From assembly GCA_030390025.1 (NCBI GenBank), contig CM059446.1:5952001-6016000 (forward strand): a DNA stretch of 64,000 nucleotides, given 5' to 3'. The stretch is from Squalus acanthias (lineage: Eukaryota). The notes below the pieces were generated by a model. The model ran no database searches. It saw only the letters and a program-made list of their open reading frames with translations, and had not been told where the DNA came from. Shown here in pieces: positions 37,206 through 50,252 of the stretch; within the stretch, counting starts at the first letter, position 1, and each line of letters opens with the position of its first letter. A program made the translations under genes and the position numbers.

Positions 37206-37921
37206 TTAAATAGACATTTTCAGGCAGTCATTGAACCTCCATGGTACTGAAAGTGCTGAGTGAAAATGTGAATTTGCTTGTGGGGGAAACGGGCACTTCC
37301 AAACATATTCATTCTGAACAGCCATAACACGGTATTTGTTTCAAATTAACAATACGTTGCAAATATTATCGAAGTATTTCAAACGGTCCAAGCATTGTGC
37401 TTTGGGAATTTAGAGCAGATTTTTTAATGGACTCGGGTAGTTAGCAGCTTGCTGAACCAATCTCGAGATCTGATTGTACAGGTGTGTGTGGGGCGTCGTC
37501 TGAGGATAGCGACGGTCTTATTTTTTCTCTTGTGGCGGTGAGATATCTAGAGAGGGTCAACTACACTGGGGGGGGGCGGAATATATATATCACAAAGTGA
37601 ACTGCACAGTGGCAGGGAGCTTTGACACTCCATCAAACAATGGCACATAATTTCTATATTTATGCTGACCTAAATCTCGGACTGAATTCCGGAATCGGGC
37701 AATTGTCCCCCCCCCCCCCACCGCCCCCCCCCCGGCCATAGCAACAGAATAGTTATTATGTTTACGGCACAAGGTTGCGGCGATTCTGTCAACAGGAATG
37801 CGCATTTATCGTGCTCCTCCCGTGCAGGAAAACCGCCTGCTCCTAATCATCCACTAACTCCCAAGCAAGCGTTTGTTTGGCTGTCGGGGACGTGGTATCC
37901 CAGTGCGTTATGCCATTGCGC

Positions 37922-38275
37922 TACAACAACAACAGCTTGCATTTATACAGCGCCTTTAACGTAGCGTAACGTCCCAAGGCACTTCACAGGAGCGATTATC
38001 GAACAAGATTGGACACTGAACCACATAAGGGGGATATTAGGGCAGGTGACCAAAAGCTTGGTCAAAGAAGTAGGGGTGTCTTAAAGGCGGAGAACGAGGC
38101 GGAGAAGTTTAGGGAGGGAATTCCAGCGGTTAGGGCCTTTGCAGCTGAAGGCACAGCCACCAATGGTGGAGCGATGGAAATTGGGGAGGCTCAAGAGGCC
38201 AGAATTGGAAGAGTGCAGAGATCTCGGAGGGTTGTCGGGCTGGAGGAGGAGATGGGGAGGGGGGCGAAGCCATGA
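37922..38275 (-). mobile_element. L2-type LINE 3' end
   Basis: (caa)n plus reverse-complement L2 tail, about 130 bp upstream of the CDH23 exon. Confidence 0.85.
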
Positions 38276-38408
38276 TTCTCCTTTGTTTTAATTGAACATA
38301 GTCAGGATATCTACTCAAAATGCACAGAACACGGGTAACTTTTCCTCTGTTGTGTTGTTTCACTTTATCCTGTTAACTGTGGTGCGGTTCCTTTATTTCC
38401 TCTTTCAG

Positions 38409-38603
38409 AACACTCCTGCGGGACTCCGATTTTCATTGTGAATGCCACGGACAGAGACCAGGGCACGGGGGGCAGCGTGCTGTATTCCTTCCAACCACCA
38501 TCACGCTTCTTCTCCATCGATGGTGCCCGAGGAGTCGGTAACTGTTCAAAGACCACTGGATTATGAGACCACTCGAGCCTACCAGCTTCAAGTCAATGGA
38601 ACG
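38409..38603 (+). CDS. CDH23: Cadherin-23 coding exon, 195 nt, EC2; as assembled it carries a -1 and a +1 single-base indel
   Basis: Acceptor tctttcag, donor gtacga. Corrected translation NTPAGTPIFIVNATDRDQGTGGSVLYSFQPPSRFFSIDGARGVVTVQRPLDYETTRAYQLQVNGT matches CDH23 EC2 (AxDxD, LDYE). The uncorrected frame reaches TGA at 38439-38441. Confidence 0.92.
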
Positions 38604-38879
38604 GTACGATTCCGATGTCCTTCAATATTCTGTATGGGAGCTTATTCGAGTGCCAATGCGCAGTGCCCTGGAGTGGTGGGAGGTAGACATGATTCCCTCC
38701 CCCACCCCACTGGCTGAGTTCCTGATCGGGGTCATATTGATAGAAGGAGCGAACACGTGGAGTCTGGGCAACTCCCTGCAGTGGAAGAGATAATTCAATA
38801 GGGAATTTTTAGAGCTTCAGAGTACCAAAAATCACCAACCACTTATGTAGCAGATTCAACTTAGTGAAAGTCTGAGCAC

Positions 38880-39450
38880 CTAGGAACATAGGAATGGGAG
38901 GAGGCCATTTAGCCCCTCGAGCCTGTTCCGCCATTCAATGAGATCATGGCTGATCTGTGACCTAACTCCATACACCCGCCTTTGTCCCATATCCCTTAAT
39001 ACCTTTGGTTAACAGAAATCTATCAATCTCAGATTTAAAATTAACAATTGACCCAGCATCAATTGCCATTTTCGGAAGAGAGTTCCAAACTTCTAGCACC
39101 CTTTGTGTGTAGAAGTCTTTATCTTTATCTTTACTCCTGAAAGGCCTGGCTCTAATTTTTAGGTTGCACAACACCAGGTTATAGTCCAACAGTTTTATTT
39201 GAAATCACAAGCTTTCGGAGTTACTACTCCTTCGTCGGGTGAAGTGAAACGATACAGAATCGCCAAAGCATATATAGATAGAGAACAATGCATGTGTACC
39301 TTACAATTTTTAGGCCATGTTTCCTAGTCCTAGACTCTCCAACCAGTGGAAATAGTTTCTCTCTATCTACCCTATCTGTTCCCCTTAATATCTTGAAAAC
39401 TTTGATCAAATCACCCCTTAACCTTCTAAATTCCAGGGAATACAACCCTC
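38880..39450 (-). mobile_element. CR1 3' fragment interrupted by a PLE/hammerhead insert
   Basis: Same CR1 subfamily as 32030-32722 and 47495-48248. Confidence 0.88.
39164..39304 (-). mobile_element. Penelope-type pLTR fragment (hammerhead family A) with 10-bp flanking direct repeat
   Basis: Flanked by aatttttagg (39154-39163 and 39305-39314); homologous to about 32299-32442; hammerhead at 39205-39242 with core variant CCGACGA. Confidence 0.85.
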
Positions 39451-39459
39451 ATAAAGGGG

Positions 39460-39926
39460 AAAAAAGAACTTGTATTTCTCCAGCACCTTTTACGACCTCA
39501 GGACGTCCCAAAGCGCTTTACAGCCAATGAAGTACTTTTAAAAGTGTATCACTGTTATAATGTAGGAAATGCGGCAGTCAATTTGCGCACAGCAAGCTCC
39601 CACAAACAGCAATGTGATAATGACTGGATAATCTGTTTTAGTGATGTTGGTTGAAGGCTAAATATTGACCCAGGACACCGGGGAGACTCCCCTGCTCTTC
39701 TTCGAAATAGTGGCCACGGGATCTTTTACGTCCACCTGAGAGAGCAGACGGGGCCTCGGTTTAACGTTTCATCTGAAAGACAGCACCTCTGACAGTGCGG
39801 CACTCCCTCAGCACTGCACTGGAGTGTCAGCCTAGATTTTTGCGCTCAAGTCTCTGGAGTGGGACTTGAACCCACAACCTTCTGACTCAGAGGCGAGGGT
39901 GCTACCCACTGAGCCACGGTTGCCAC
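39460..39926 (-). mobile_element. Full-length DeuSINE (SacSINE1-like)
   Basis: Head, Deu core and tail all present. Confidence 0.9.
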
Positions 39927-40172
39927 AAAGAAGAAACAGGCATTGAACAGCAAGTGACTGAAGAAGTAGCTGAAGAGAGAGGTTCAGTAGAGGCTGTAAA
40001 GATGTGGTAAATTGCAGAGAATTAGGGAGAGGATTCCAGAGAGTGAGAGTGATGGCTGTTTCATCGATTCAGGGAAGGGAGGGATACGCAGGCAGCCAAC
40101 ATCTAGTGTGGGAAAATCCATAGAATATGGTAAATCGCTAATAGCATACAAGGAAACTCGATAGAAAAGTTA

Positions 40173-40280
40173 TAAAATAAAAACAGAAAATGCTGGAAAT
40201 GCTCAGCAGGCCAGGCAGCATCTGTGGAGAGAGATACAGAGTTAACGTTTCAGGCCGATGACCCTTCGTCAGAACTGGAA
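40173..40280 (-). mobile_element. Penelope-type pLTR fragment, family B, with hammerhead at 40240-40276
   Basis: agtt-CTGACGA-a-gggtc/atc/ggcct-GAAACGTT-aact; same family as 14522-14748. Confidence 0.75.
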
Positions 40281-40569
40281 CAGGAAAAGTTGCCCACAAA
40301 CTAATCAGAATTGTTTAATTTGAGTGGGTTTGCCTTTTTTGCGACAGCAAGGGTTGGCAGGCGATTTTGCTTGTGAGCTTTACCAATGTTGGCGTATTAA
40401 TCAGAGGTAGTGACAAATGACCTAGCAGTTACTGACATTTATTATTCATTTACTTAAAATTTAATTAGCAAACATTAATGGCTTCTGTCACCAGAGACAC
40501 AAGATTCATTTGACTCCATGCATTTGAAATGTTCATTAATAATGGCTAAATTTGTCCTCTGATTTCTTG

Positions 40570-41042
40570 AAAGAACAAAGAAAGACTTGCATTTCTATAG
40601 CGCCTTTCACGACCTCAGGACGTCCCAAAGCGCTTCACAGCCAATGAAGTACTTTTTGGAGTGTAGTCACTGTTGTAATGTAGGAAACGTGGCAGCCAAT
40701 TTGTGCACAGCAAGCTCCCACAAACAGCAATGTGATCATGACCAGATAATCTGTTTTAGTGATGTTAGTTGAGGGATAAATATTGGCCCAGGACACCGGG
40801 GAGAACTCCCCAGCTCTTCACCAAAATAGTGGCCATGGGATCTTTTGCGTCCACTGAGAGAACAAACGGGGCTTCGGTTTAACGTCTCATCCGAAAGACG
40901 GCACCTCCGACAGTGCAGGACTCCCTCAGCACTGCACTGGGAGTGTCAGCCTAGATTATGTGCTCAAGTCTCTGGAGTGGGACTTGAACCCACAACCTTC
41001 TGACTCCGAGGCAAGGGTGCTACCAACTGAGCCACTGGTGAC
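40570..41042 (-). mobile_element. Full-length DeuSINE (SacSINE1-like)
   Basis: Highly similar to 39460-39926. Confidence 0.9.
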
Positions 41043-41832
41043 TTGTTCTACCCCTAACATTTACCATTCTCCCGAAGGTTCTGGGGTGACGGGGGTAGAG
41101 ACAAACATGGTCAATTCCCTGAATATGGTTTTCAAGCTCGAGTAGTCTTTGGGTAAAAATGGCGCATTCCATTCTGGATCATCTCGCCTTTGTCTGCTGG
41201 GAGGACCAGCAAGGTGAGTGTGGATTCTCAGCTGGAGGTGTGCCTTCTCAAAGCTGAGAGCCATCACACGGGGAGGGGGGGTGGTTTGTGGATTGGAGTG
41301 TGGCGTAGCACTGCCATCGAATGTCTGAGATCACAGATACAGTGGAAACTATTTCTCAGCCACTCACCGAGCAGGTCACAGCAGCACCCGTCTATTTTCA
41401 GAGTTAGGTGAAACGTTGTCCAATAATAGAGGGAGGTTCAGGCCTGACACCCAAGTCATAAGTCTAAACATGCTGTTACTGATTTCAAGTGAATGAATTC
41501 AGTGAAATGGAAATTCTAAAAATTAAACAGACCAAATTCAATCCCATTAAATCATGTTGCTCAGAATTGGTTCAGTGACCAATAACTCTCACGGAGGCGA
41601 TCAGTTGCTTATCACAAGCCCTCACAACTATCTTTTAATTTGGAGATAGATCAGCCACAAAAGATTAAATGTGCAAATGAAATAGGATTTAGAGGTTTTT
41701 TTGTAAATTATTTTTTCTGCTGCCCACCGACTGCTAGACTAGTGTTCTCTCTCCAACAAACGCAGCTCATTCTTTAAGGTCTACTTGAATATGTAGTCAT
41801 CCCTGTGATGTCTGCAGTGCATCACTTTTTGC

Positions 41833-44268
41833 AAATTTGCAGTAATAGTGTGGAGGACGAATTCATGGAATGTATACAAGGTAGTTTTCTAGATCAGTAT
41901 GTTGAGGAACCAACTGGGGAACAGGCTATTTTAGATCTAGTATTATGCAACGAGAAAGGGTTAATTAATAACCTTGTAGTAAAGGGGCCTTTAGGGAACA
42001 GTGACCATAATATGAAAGAATTTTATATTGAGTTTGAAAGTGATTTAGTTCAATCCGAAATTAGGGTCTTCAATCTAAACAAAGCAAACTGCGTAGGTAT
42101 GAGGGGCGAGTTGGCTAAGATAGATTGTGAAACTACATTAAAAGGTATGACAGTAGAGAAGCAATGGCTAGCATTTAAAGAATTATTGCATAATTTACAA
42201 CAGATATACATTCCTTTAAGGCACAAAAACGCCACAGGAAAAGTGGTCCAACCGTGGCTAACGAGAAGTTAAAGATATATTTAGATCAAAGGAAGAGGCT
42301 TATAATGTTGACAAAAAAGAGCAGTAAGCCTGAGGATTGGGAGGATTTTAGAGGACCAAGAAATTGATAAAGAAAGGGAAAATAGAATACGAGAGTAAAC
42401 TAGTGAGAGACATAAAAACAGACTGTAAAAAGCTTCTATAGGTATGTAAAAAGGAAAAGATTAGCGAAAGTAAATGTGGGTCCATTACAGGCTGAGACAG
42501 GAGAAGTTATAATGGGGAATAAGGAAATGGCAGAGAAATTAATCAAATACTTTGTGTCTGTCTTCACAGAAGAAGATGCAAAAAACTTCCCGGAAATAGT
42601 GGAGAACCAAGGGTCTAGCGAGAATGAGGAACTGAAAGAAATTAGTATTAGTAAAAAAAAAAGTACTGGAGAAATTAATGGGACTGAAAGCCGATAAATC
42701 CCCTGGACCTGATGGCCTACATCTGACGGTTTTGAAAGAGGTGGCTATTGAGATAATGGATGCATTGGTTGTCATTTTCCAAAGTTTCGTAGATTCTAGA
42801 ACGGTTCCTGCGGATTGGAAGGTAGCAAATGTAACCCCACTATTTAAGAAAGGAGGGAGAGAGAAAACTGGGAACTACAGACCAGTTGGCCTGACATCAG
42901 TAGTAGGGAAAATGCTGGAATCTATTATTAAGGACGTGGTAACCGGGCACTTGGAAAATAATAATAGGATTGGGCAGAGTCAACACGGATTTATGAAAGG
43001 GAAATTGTGTTTGACAAATCTGTTGGAGTTTTTGAGGTTGTAACTAACAGAATAGATAAGGGGGAACCAGTCGATGTGGTGTATTTGGATTTTCAGAAGG
43101 CATTCGATAAGGTGCCGCACAAGAGGTTATTAAACAAAATTAGGGCTCATGGGATTGGGGGTAATATACTAGCATGGATTGAGGATTGGTTAACGGACAG
43201 AAAACAGAGTAGGAATAAACGGGTCATTTTCATTTTCAGGTTGGCAGGCTGTAACTAGTGGGGTACTGCAAGGATCAGTGCCTCAGCTATTCACAATCAA
43301 CATGAATGATTTGGATGAGGGGACCAAATGTAATGTATCCAGGTTTGCTGATGAAACAAAGCTGGGTGGGAATGTAAGTTGTGAGGAGGATGCAAGGAGG
43401 CTTCAAGGGAATAAAAACAGGCTAAGTGAGTGGGCAAGAACATGGCAAATGGAATATAATGTGGAGAAATGTGAAGTTATCCACTTTGGTAGGAAAAATA
43501 GAAAAGCAGAGTATTTTTTAAATGGTGAGAGATTGGGAAATGTTGGTGTTCAGCAGGACCTGGGTGTCCTTGTACACGAATCACTGAAAGTTAACATGCA
43601 GGTACAGCAAGCAATTAGGAAAGCAAATGGTATGTTGGCCTTTATTACAAGAGGATTTGAGTATAAGAGTAAAGAAGTCTTACTGCCATTATATAGGGCC
43701 CTGGTGAGACCACACCTGGAGTATTGTGTACAGTTTTGGTCTCCTTACCTAAGGAAGGATATACTTGCCATAGAGGGAGTGCAGCAAAGGTTCACCAGAC
43801 TGATTCCTGGGATGGGGATTGTCCTATGAGAAGAGATTGAGTAGACTAGGCCTATATTCTCTAGAGTTTAGAAGAATGAGAGGTGATCTCATTGAAACGT
43901 ACAAGCTTCTTACAGGGCTTGCCAGGGTAGATGCAGGGAGGATGTTTCCCCTGGCTGGGGAGTCTAGAACCAGGGGGCACAGTCTCAGGATAAGGGGTCG
44001 GCCATTTAGGACTGAGATGAGAAATTTCTTCACTCAGGAGGGTGGTGAATCTTTGGAATTCTCTACCCCAGAGGGTTGTGGAGGCTCAGTCATTGAGTAT
44101 ATTCAAGACAGAGATCGATAGATTTTTGGATATTAAGGGAATCAAGGGATATGGGGATAGTGCAGGAAAGTGGAGATGAGGTAGAAGATCAGCCATGATC
44201 TTATTGAGTGGCGGAGCAGGCTTGAGGGGCCGAGTGGCCGACTCCTGCTCCTATTTCTTATGTTCTTA
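41833..44268 (+). mobile_element. CR1 LINE, 5'-truncated; ORF2 (endonuclease end plus RT) broken by frameshifts
   Basis: ILDLVL..GNSDHN, KSPGPDG, VTPLFKKG...NYRPV, YLDFQKAFDKVPH, FADETK, LVRPHLEYCVQFWSP across ORFs 41805-44121, followed by the CR1 3' UTR. Confidence 0.97.
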
Positions 44269-44412
44269 TCACACTGGTGCCCGTGTCGTTATTTGAATTT
44301 TCTTCAACGATATACAAGCTTTGCTTGAAAAGAACCTGAAAAATTGTTTTCCAACAGTCACCTGCAAATAGGCTAGTGTGTTGCAGAAACCAAAGGGAAA
44401 TTTATTGATATA

Positions 44413-44822
44413 AAGGAAGAAAGACTTGCATTTGTATAGCGCCTTTCACGACCACCGGACGTCCCAAAGTGCAACGCAGCCAATGACGTACTTTTTGAAG
44501 TATAGTCACTGTTGTAATGTAGGAAACTCAGCAGCCAATTTGCACACAGCAAGCTCCCACAAACAGCAATGAAATAAATGACCAGATAATCTGTTTTAGG
44601 TGTTGGTTGAGGATTAAATGTTGGCCAGGACACCGGGCAGAACTCCCCTGCTTTCCTTTGAACAGCTCCATGGGATTGTTTACGTCCACCTGAGAGGGCG
44701 GACAGGGCCTCGGTTTAACGTCCCATCCAAAGGACGGCTCCTCCGGCAGTGCGGCACTCCCTCAGTACGGCACTGGGAGCGTCAGCCTAGATGATGTCTC
44801 TGGAGTGGGACTTGAACCCACT
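44413..44822 (-). mobile_element. DeuSINE
   Basis: Reverse complement of core and tail. Confidence 0.85.
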
Positions 44823-45601
44823 GATCTTATGATGGAAGGAAGATCATTAACGGAGCAGCTGAAGATAGTTGGGCCACTTTCCTGACGAACTCCTATGGCT
44901 GTAATGGCTGGCCTCTGATAATCACAACCATCTTGCTTTGTGTCAGGTATGACTCCAGTCACTGGAGGGTTCTGCTTTTCAGTTTTCCCAGATTTGTACC
45001 AGTGAATAAGTTGAAATGAAGCACTTCATGAAGATAATTGGCAAGACCTACCAGTTGCTTGAAATGCATTTTCTGGTCCATCATAATGAATTTTAAGATC
45101 TAGCCAAGCCACTACAAACAGTAGATGGGGAAAATGGTTTAAAATCTCAGACAAAGAATGTGACTCCTCTCGAAACAATTCAATCTCGTTGCTTTGCAAT
45201 AACGTGGAAAGTGACGGTCATTTTCATAAATGACATTTCTGAAATGTATTTGAAAAGTTTACATCAAGGTCACAATTGGGGTACTCTGGTGTTCACCTGG
45301 TGTCTTGGCCAAAATCCCTCCCCTAAACAACAGCCAAAAAAGGATGAATTGGTCATTCATCACATCGCTGTTTGTGGGATCTTACTGGGCTACTGTGTTC
45401 ACATGACAGCAATTACTGCACCTCAAAGTAATTCATTTGGGACATTTGAGAGGCATAATATTGTGCTATATAAATGCAAGCATTTTTTTCAATCAATGTT
45501 TGCAGGATAAATTGAACGATTACAAAATTAAGAAATAACACCAGAAAAGAATAAGTGGAAATTATTTTAGTTACATGTAAATTTTTTCTATTTGGTTTCA
45601 G

Positions 45602-45730
45602 GACCAGGACAAGGACCACCCTCTCTCCACGTTGGCCAACCTTGCGATCACGATAACCGATATCCAGGATATGGACCCTATTTTCGTCAATCTTCCTTAC
45701 AGCACAAACATTTACGAGAACTCCCCTCCA
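45602..45730 (+). CDS. CDH23: Cadherin-23 coding exon, 129 nt (DQDKDHPLSTLANLAITITDIQDMDPIFVNLPYSTNIYENSPP)
   Basis: Acceptor tttggtttcag, donor gtgagt, phase 0 on both sides. Contains the CDH23-typical DxQDMDPIF linker between EC2 and EC3. Confidence 0.95.
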
Positions 45731-46049
45731 GTGAGTAGCAGTTTTCTATACGTCTCCACGTTTGTTGTCGCCACTCAAAAGCTGTCGAAACGCACGTTGG
45801 ACGAGGGCATTTCGGATGTTATCCTGCTGCCGTGGGCTGCTTACAATGTAAAGTGTGTCTGTAAACTCGTCACCCTGCAATTGTAACCTCCTGCCAGTGC
45901 TGACATCTTAAAACATCATCCCAGCACTGCCACACCCCAGGCTACCCACAATATGGCAGTGTTCCCTGGCAGTGCTAATTGACCGAGCACACTCTAGTTT
46001 TTATAAAACCTCTAGCTGAATATGAGCCACGCCATGGGAGAATTGCTAG

Positions 46050-46480
46050 GTGGCAGCTGTGGCTCAGTGGGTGGCCCCCCTCGCCTGAGTCAGAAGGTTG
46101 TGGTTTCAAGTCCCACTCCAGAGACTGGAGCACAAAAATCTAGGCTGACACTCCAGAGGGAGTGCTGCACTGTCGGAGGTGCCGTCTTTCAGATGAGACG
46201 TTAAACCAAGTCTGCTCTCCCAGGTGAACGTAAAAGATCCCATGACACTATATCGAAGAAGAGCTGGAGAGTTAACCCCGGTGTCCTGGCCAATATTTAT
46301 CCCTCAATCAACATCACTAAAAAAAAAAGTTGCTGCTTGTGGGAGCTTGCTGTGCGCAAATTGGTTGCCGCATTTCCTACATTACAACAGTGACTACACT
46401 TCAAAAATACTTCATTGGCGCTTTGGGACGTCCTGAGGTCATGAAAGGTGCTGTATAAATGCAAGTCTGTCTTTCTTTCT
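46050..46480 (+). mobile_element. DeuSINE
   Basis: Head tgtggctcagtggg, core and tail. Confidence 0.85.
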
Positions 46481-46782
46481 AGTTTTAATTTTTTTTGAAC
46501 TTTTATAAATGATTCTGAAACTTTTGGTATGGATAGACTCTGAGCAGATAGCTGTAGAGTATTTATTTCTACTCAATACTTGATTGTGTGCGCTGCAGCA
46601 CTTTTTATTTCAGTAGCTCAAGTCTCCGCTTGACTTGGTTGGTAGACCCTCACCCCTCGAGTCAGAAGGGAACGGGTTTGAGTCCTACTCCAGGCATTGA
46701 GCACCTAATCTAGGCTAACGCCAATGCAGCACCGAGAGTGCTATATTGTTGGAGTAGTTTAATGAGACATTATGCAAGCAGC

Positions 46783-47335
46783 TTCCCACCATCCCGGACA
46801 AAGCAGTCCGCTTGATCGGCAGCTCATCCACCACCTTAAACATGGGGAGAGAGCAGGAATATGGTATTGAGATAGAGGATCAGCCATGATCATATTGAAT
46901 GGTGGAACAGGCTCGAAGGGCCGAATGGCCTACTCCTCCTATTTTTCCATGTTTCTATCTACTCTCTCCACCACCGTGGTTGCAGTGTGTACCATCTACA
47001 AGATGCACTGCAGCAACTCGCCAAGGCTTCTTCGGCAGCACCTCCCAAACCCGCGACCTCTTCCACCTAGAAGGACAAGGGCAGCAGGTGCATGGGAACA
47101 CCATCCCCTCCAAGTTACACACCATCCTGATTTAGACATATATCGGCCGTTCCTTCATCGTCGCTGTATCAAAATCCTGGAACTCCCTCCCTAACAGCGC
47201 TGTGGGAGCACCTTCACCACACGGACTGCAGCGGTTCAAGAAGGCGGCTCACCACCACCTTCTCAAGGGCAATTAGGGATGGGCAATAAATGCTGGCCTT
47301 GCCAGTGACGCCCATATGCCAAGAATGAATTTTTT
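46783..47335 (+). mobile_element. LINE family X 3' fragment with a nested CR1 3' tail (about 46842-46958)
   Basis: Colinear with 36745-37200 apart from the short CR1 tail. Confidence 0.8.
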
Positions 47336-47494
47336 TAAAGTCTGGTATCTGTCTGCTGTCATGGTTCAGGGCAAAGTTAACCTTAAGTAGCGTTCAAAGG
47401 AGAGTAGGGAGTTTCTCATTGTCTGGACCAACATTACCTCCTCAACAAGCACCACCAAAAGTGGATTAGCTGACCATTCATCTCTTAACTGTGG

Positions 47495-48248
47495 CAAATT
47501 GATTTCAGTGTAGACAAATGTGCGGTCATCCACTTTGGACCTAAAAAGGATAGAACAGGGTACTTTCTAAATGGTAAAAAGCTAAAAACAGTGGAGGTCC
47601 AAAGAGACTCAGGGGTCCAGGTACATCGATCATTAAAATGTCATGAACAGGTACAGAAAATAATCAAAAAGGCTAATGGAATGCTGGCCTTTATATTGAG
47701 AGGACTAGAATACAAGGGGTAGAAGTTATGCTTCAGCTGTACAAAGCCCTGGTTAGACCACACCTGGAGCACTGTGAGCAGTTCTGGGCACCACACCTTA
47801 GGAAGGATATATTGGCCTTGGAGGGAGTGCAGCGTAGGTTTACCAGAATGATACCCAGAGCTCCAAGGGTTAAATTACGAGGAGAGATTACACAAACTAG
47901 GGTTGTATTCCTTAGAATTTAGAAGGTTAAGAGGTGATCTGATTGAAGTTTTCAAGATATTAAGGGGAACAGATAGGGTAGATGGAGAGAAACTATTTCC
48001 TCTGGTTGGGGAGTCTAGGACTAGGGGGCAGAGTCTAAAAATTAGAGCCAGACCTTTCAGGAGTGAAATTCGGAAACACTTCTACACACAAAGGGTGGTA
48101 GAAGTTTGGAACTGTCTTCCAGAAACGGCAATTGATGCTCGATCAATTGTTAATTTTAAATCTGGGATTGATGGAATGGCGGAGCAGGCTCGAGGGGCTC
48201 AATGGCCTCCTCCTGTTCCTGTGTTCCTTTGTCCTATGTTCCTATGTT
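47495..48248 (+). mobile_element. CR1 3' fragment carrying the empty site for the PLE inserts
   Basis: ORFs 47728-47922 and 47903-48250; uninterrupted gtctaaaaattagagccagacc at about 48033-48054. Confidence 0.92.
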
Positions 48249-49180
48249 AACTGTTTGTGTGGTCTTGCTGGGGTGCAAAATGGCTACTGTGTTTGCTTAC
48301 ATAACAACAGTCATTGCGCTTCGATGTAATTTATTGAATGTGAAATAAGTGGTCATTTCTGAGATGTGATGGGTTCCTATGTAAATGTAAGGCGTTTTTT
48401 GTTTATCTTGTAAATTTAAAATAGCGGAGTATTAAGGGATAAAGATGGTTTTTACTCGTGTTTGTAATGCATGTTGGGGCATTTGTTTGAAATTCGTCTT
48501 GAGCTTTTTAAATACACGTTTAAACTCAGAGTTATTGCATTAAAGTAACTTGTTTGTTAAAGATATCATTAAGATTAATTTCACCCCATAAATTCAGCGT
48601 AAATTCTTCAGACCTGTGAAATTCCTGGGGAGGACACGAGTGCGAGCTTTACGCCGATGATAGAAAGAGGAATCTTGGTTATTTAATGTGCTGGACCCAC
48701 GCTGCAATGCCACTTGGTTTAAAGCAAACCTTCCTGAGGTGTTTGTTAATATCCTCATTACAGCCCTGATTTTTTTGTATACAGCCTTGCTCAGCAGTGC
48801 ATTAATCCCTTTAATTAAATATTTAAAGATAATTAGAGCGAATAGTAAAGATAAAGTGCTCGTGTAGCAATGAAGCTCAGTCAGCCATGTCCTTCAAATG
48901 TTACGCTAATGGGATAGAAGGTCTGTTTTATATAAGTCTATGCAAGATTAAAATTCAACCCATGCGCTTTTGGTCAGAATAAGTAATTACTAAAATGCTA
49001 AATGTGCAACACCGACGCTACTCTGTTGAAATACAGAATAATAGGTTTTAGTGCAAACTGTTCAGAGATATTTGGCAGCAGCTTCTTTGCTTTTTGTGCT
49101 CCGCCATGTTGCATGTTGCTTGTTATATTATAGTTAGGTACGTTCTCTGTGTCAGAGTCTTGTGGCTTCAATTGCTGTTA

Positions 49181-49630
49181 GTGTCAGCTGTGGCTCAGTG
49201 GGTAGCACTCTCGCCTCTGAGGCAGAAGGTTGTGGGTTCAAGTCCTGTTCCAGGGACTTGAGCACATAAAGCTAGGCTGACACTCCAGTGCAGCGCTGAG
49301 GGAGTGCCGCACTGTCGGAGGCGCCGTCTTTCGGATGAGACGTTAAACCGAGGCCCCGTCTGCCCCCTCAGGTGGACGTAAAAGATCCCACGGCACTATT
49401 TCGAAGAGGAGCAGGGGAATTCTCCCAGTGTCCTGGCCAATATTTATCCCTCAATCAACATCACTAAAACAGATTATCTGGTCATTATCACATTGCTGTT
49501 TGTGGGAGCTTGCTGTGCGCAAATTGGCTGCCGCGTTTCCCATATTACAGCAGTGACTACACTTCAAAAGTACTTCATTGGCTGTAAAGTGCTTTGAGAC
49601 GTCCGGTGGTCGTGAAAGTCTTTCTTTATT
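49181..49630 (+). mobile_element. Full-length DeuSINE (SacSINE1-like)
   Basis: A-box tggctcagtggg, B-box ggttcaagtcc, Deu core and tail. Confidence 0.92.
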
Positions 49631-49934
49631 TTATGCCCAAATGTATCCCATGCACTCCTCAGATTCTGGGTTATCGCTTGTCTCCCACCGGTCTTTCATG
49701 CATTGGCTGGTCCCTCTGCCCATAACATTATTTGTAAATCACTGTGCCCCATAATTTCTCTTAAAATATTAATTTTGAAGAGGTTTTATCACGATTTCCG
49801 ACCCCATCCCTTGAGGTTTTTTTTAGTTAGTCAGATGATTGACAGGTGTAGATTACCATCATTCTGAGACCGCAAACCAAGGTACAGTGAAATCTGTCCA
49901 GAGACACCTTCCATTTTCACAATTCAGTGTTTAA

Positions 49935-50252
49935 TAGAAACATAGAAACATAGAATCTAGGAGCAGGAGTAGGCCATTCGGCCCGTCGAGCCTGCTCCAC
50001 CATTCAATACGATCATGGCTGATCATCCAAATCCAGTACCCTATCCCCTGCTTTAATCCCCACAGTACACATATCCCACCCTACCCCCGTAACCCCACGT
50101 ATTTAATTCCCCCGAACATATCCCATCCTATCCCCATAACCCCACATATTTAATCCCCCCCTAACACACTAAGGGTCAATTTATCATAGCCAAATCAACC
50201 TAACCCGCACATTTTTGGACTGTGGGAGGAAACCGGAGCACCCGGAGGAAAC
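49935..50252 (-). mobile_element. 5'-truncated V-SINE, near-identical to 21834-22147
   Basis: Direct sequence comparison. Confidence 0.9.

Noticed and set aside
38442-38717. ORF MPRTETRARG... as a separate gene
   Set aside because: It is the out-of-frame part of the CDH23 exon, then its correct 3' part, then intron read-through.
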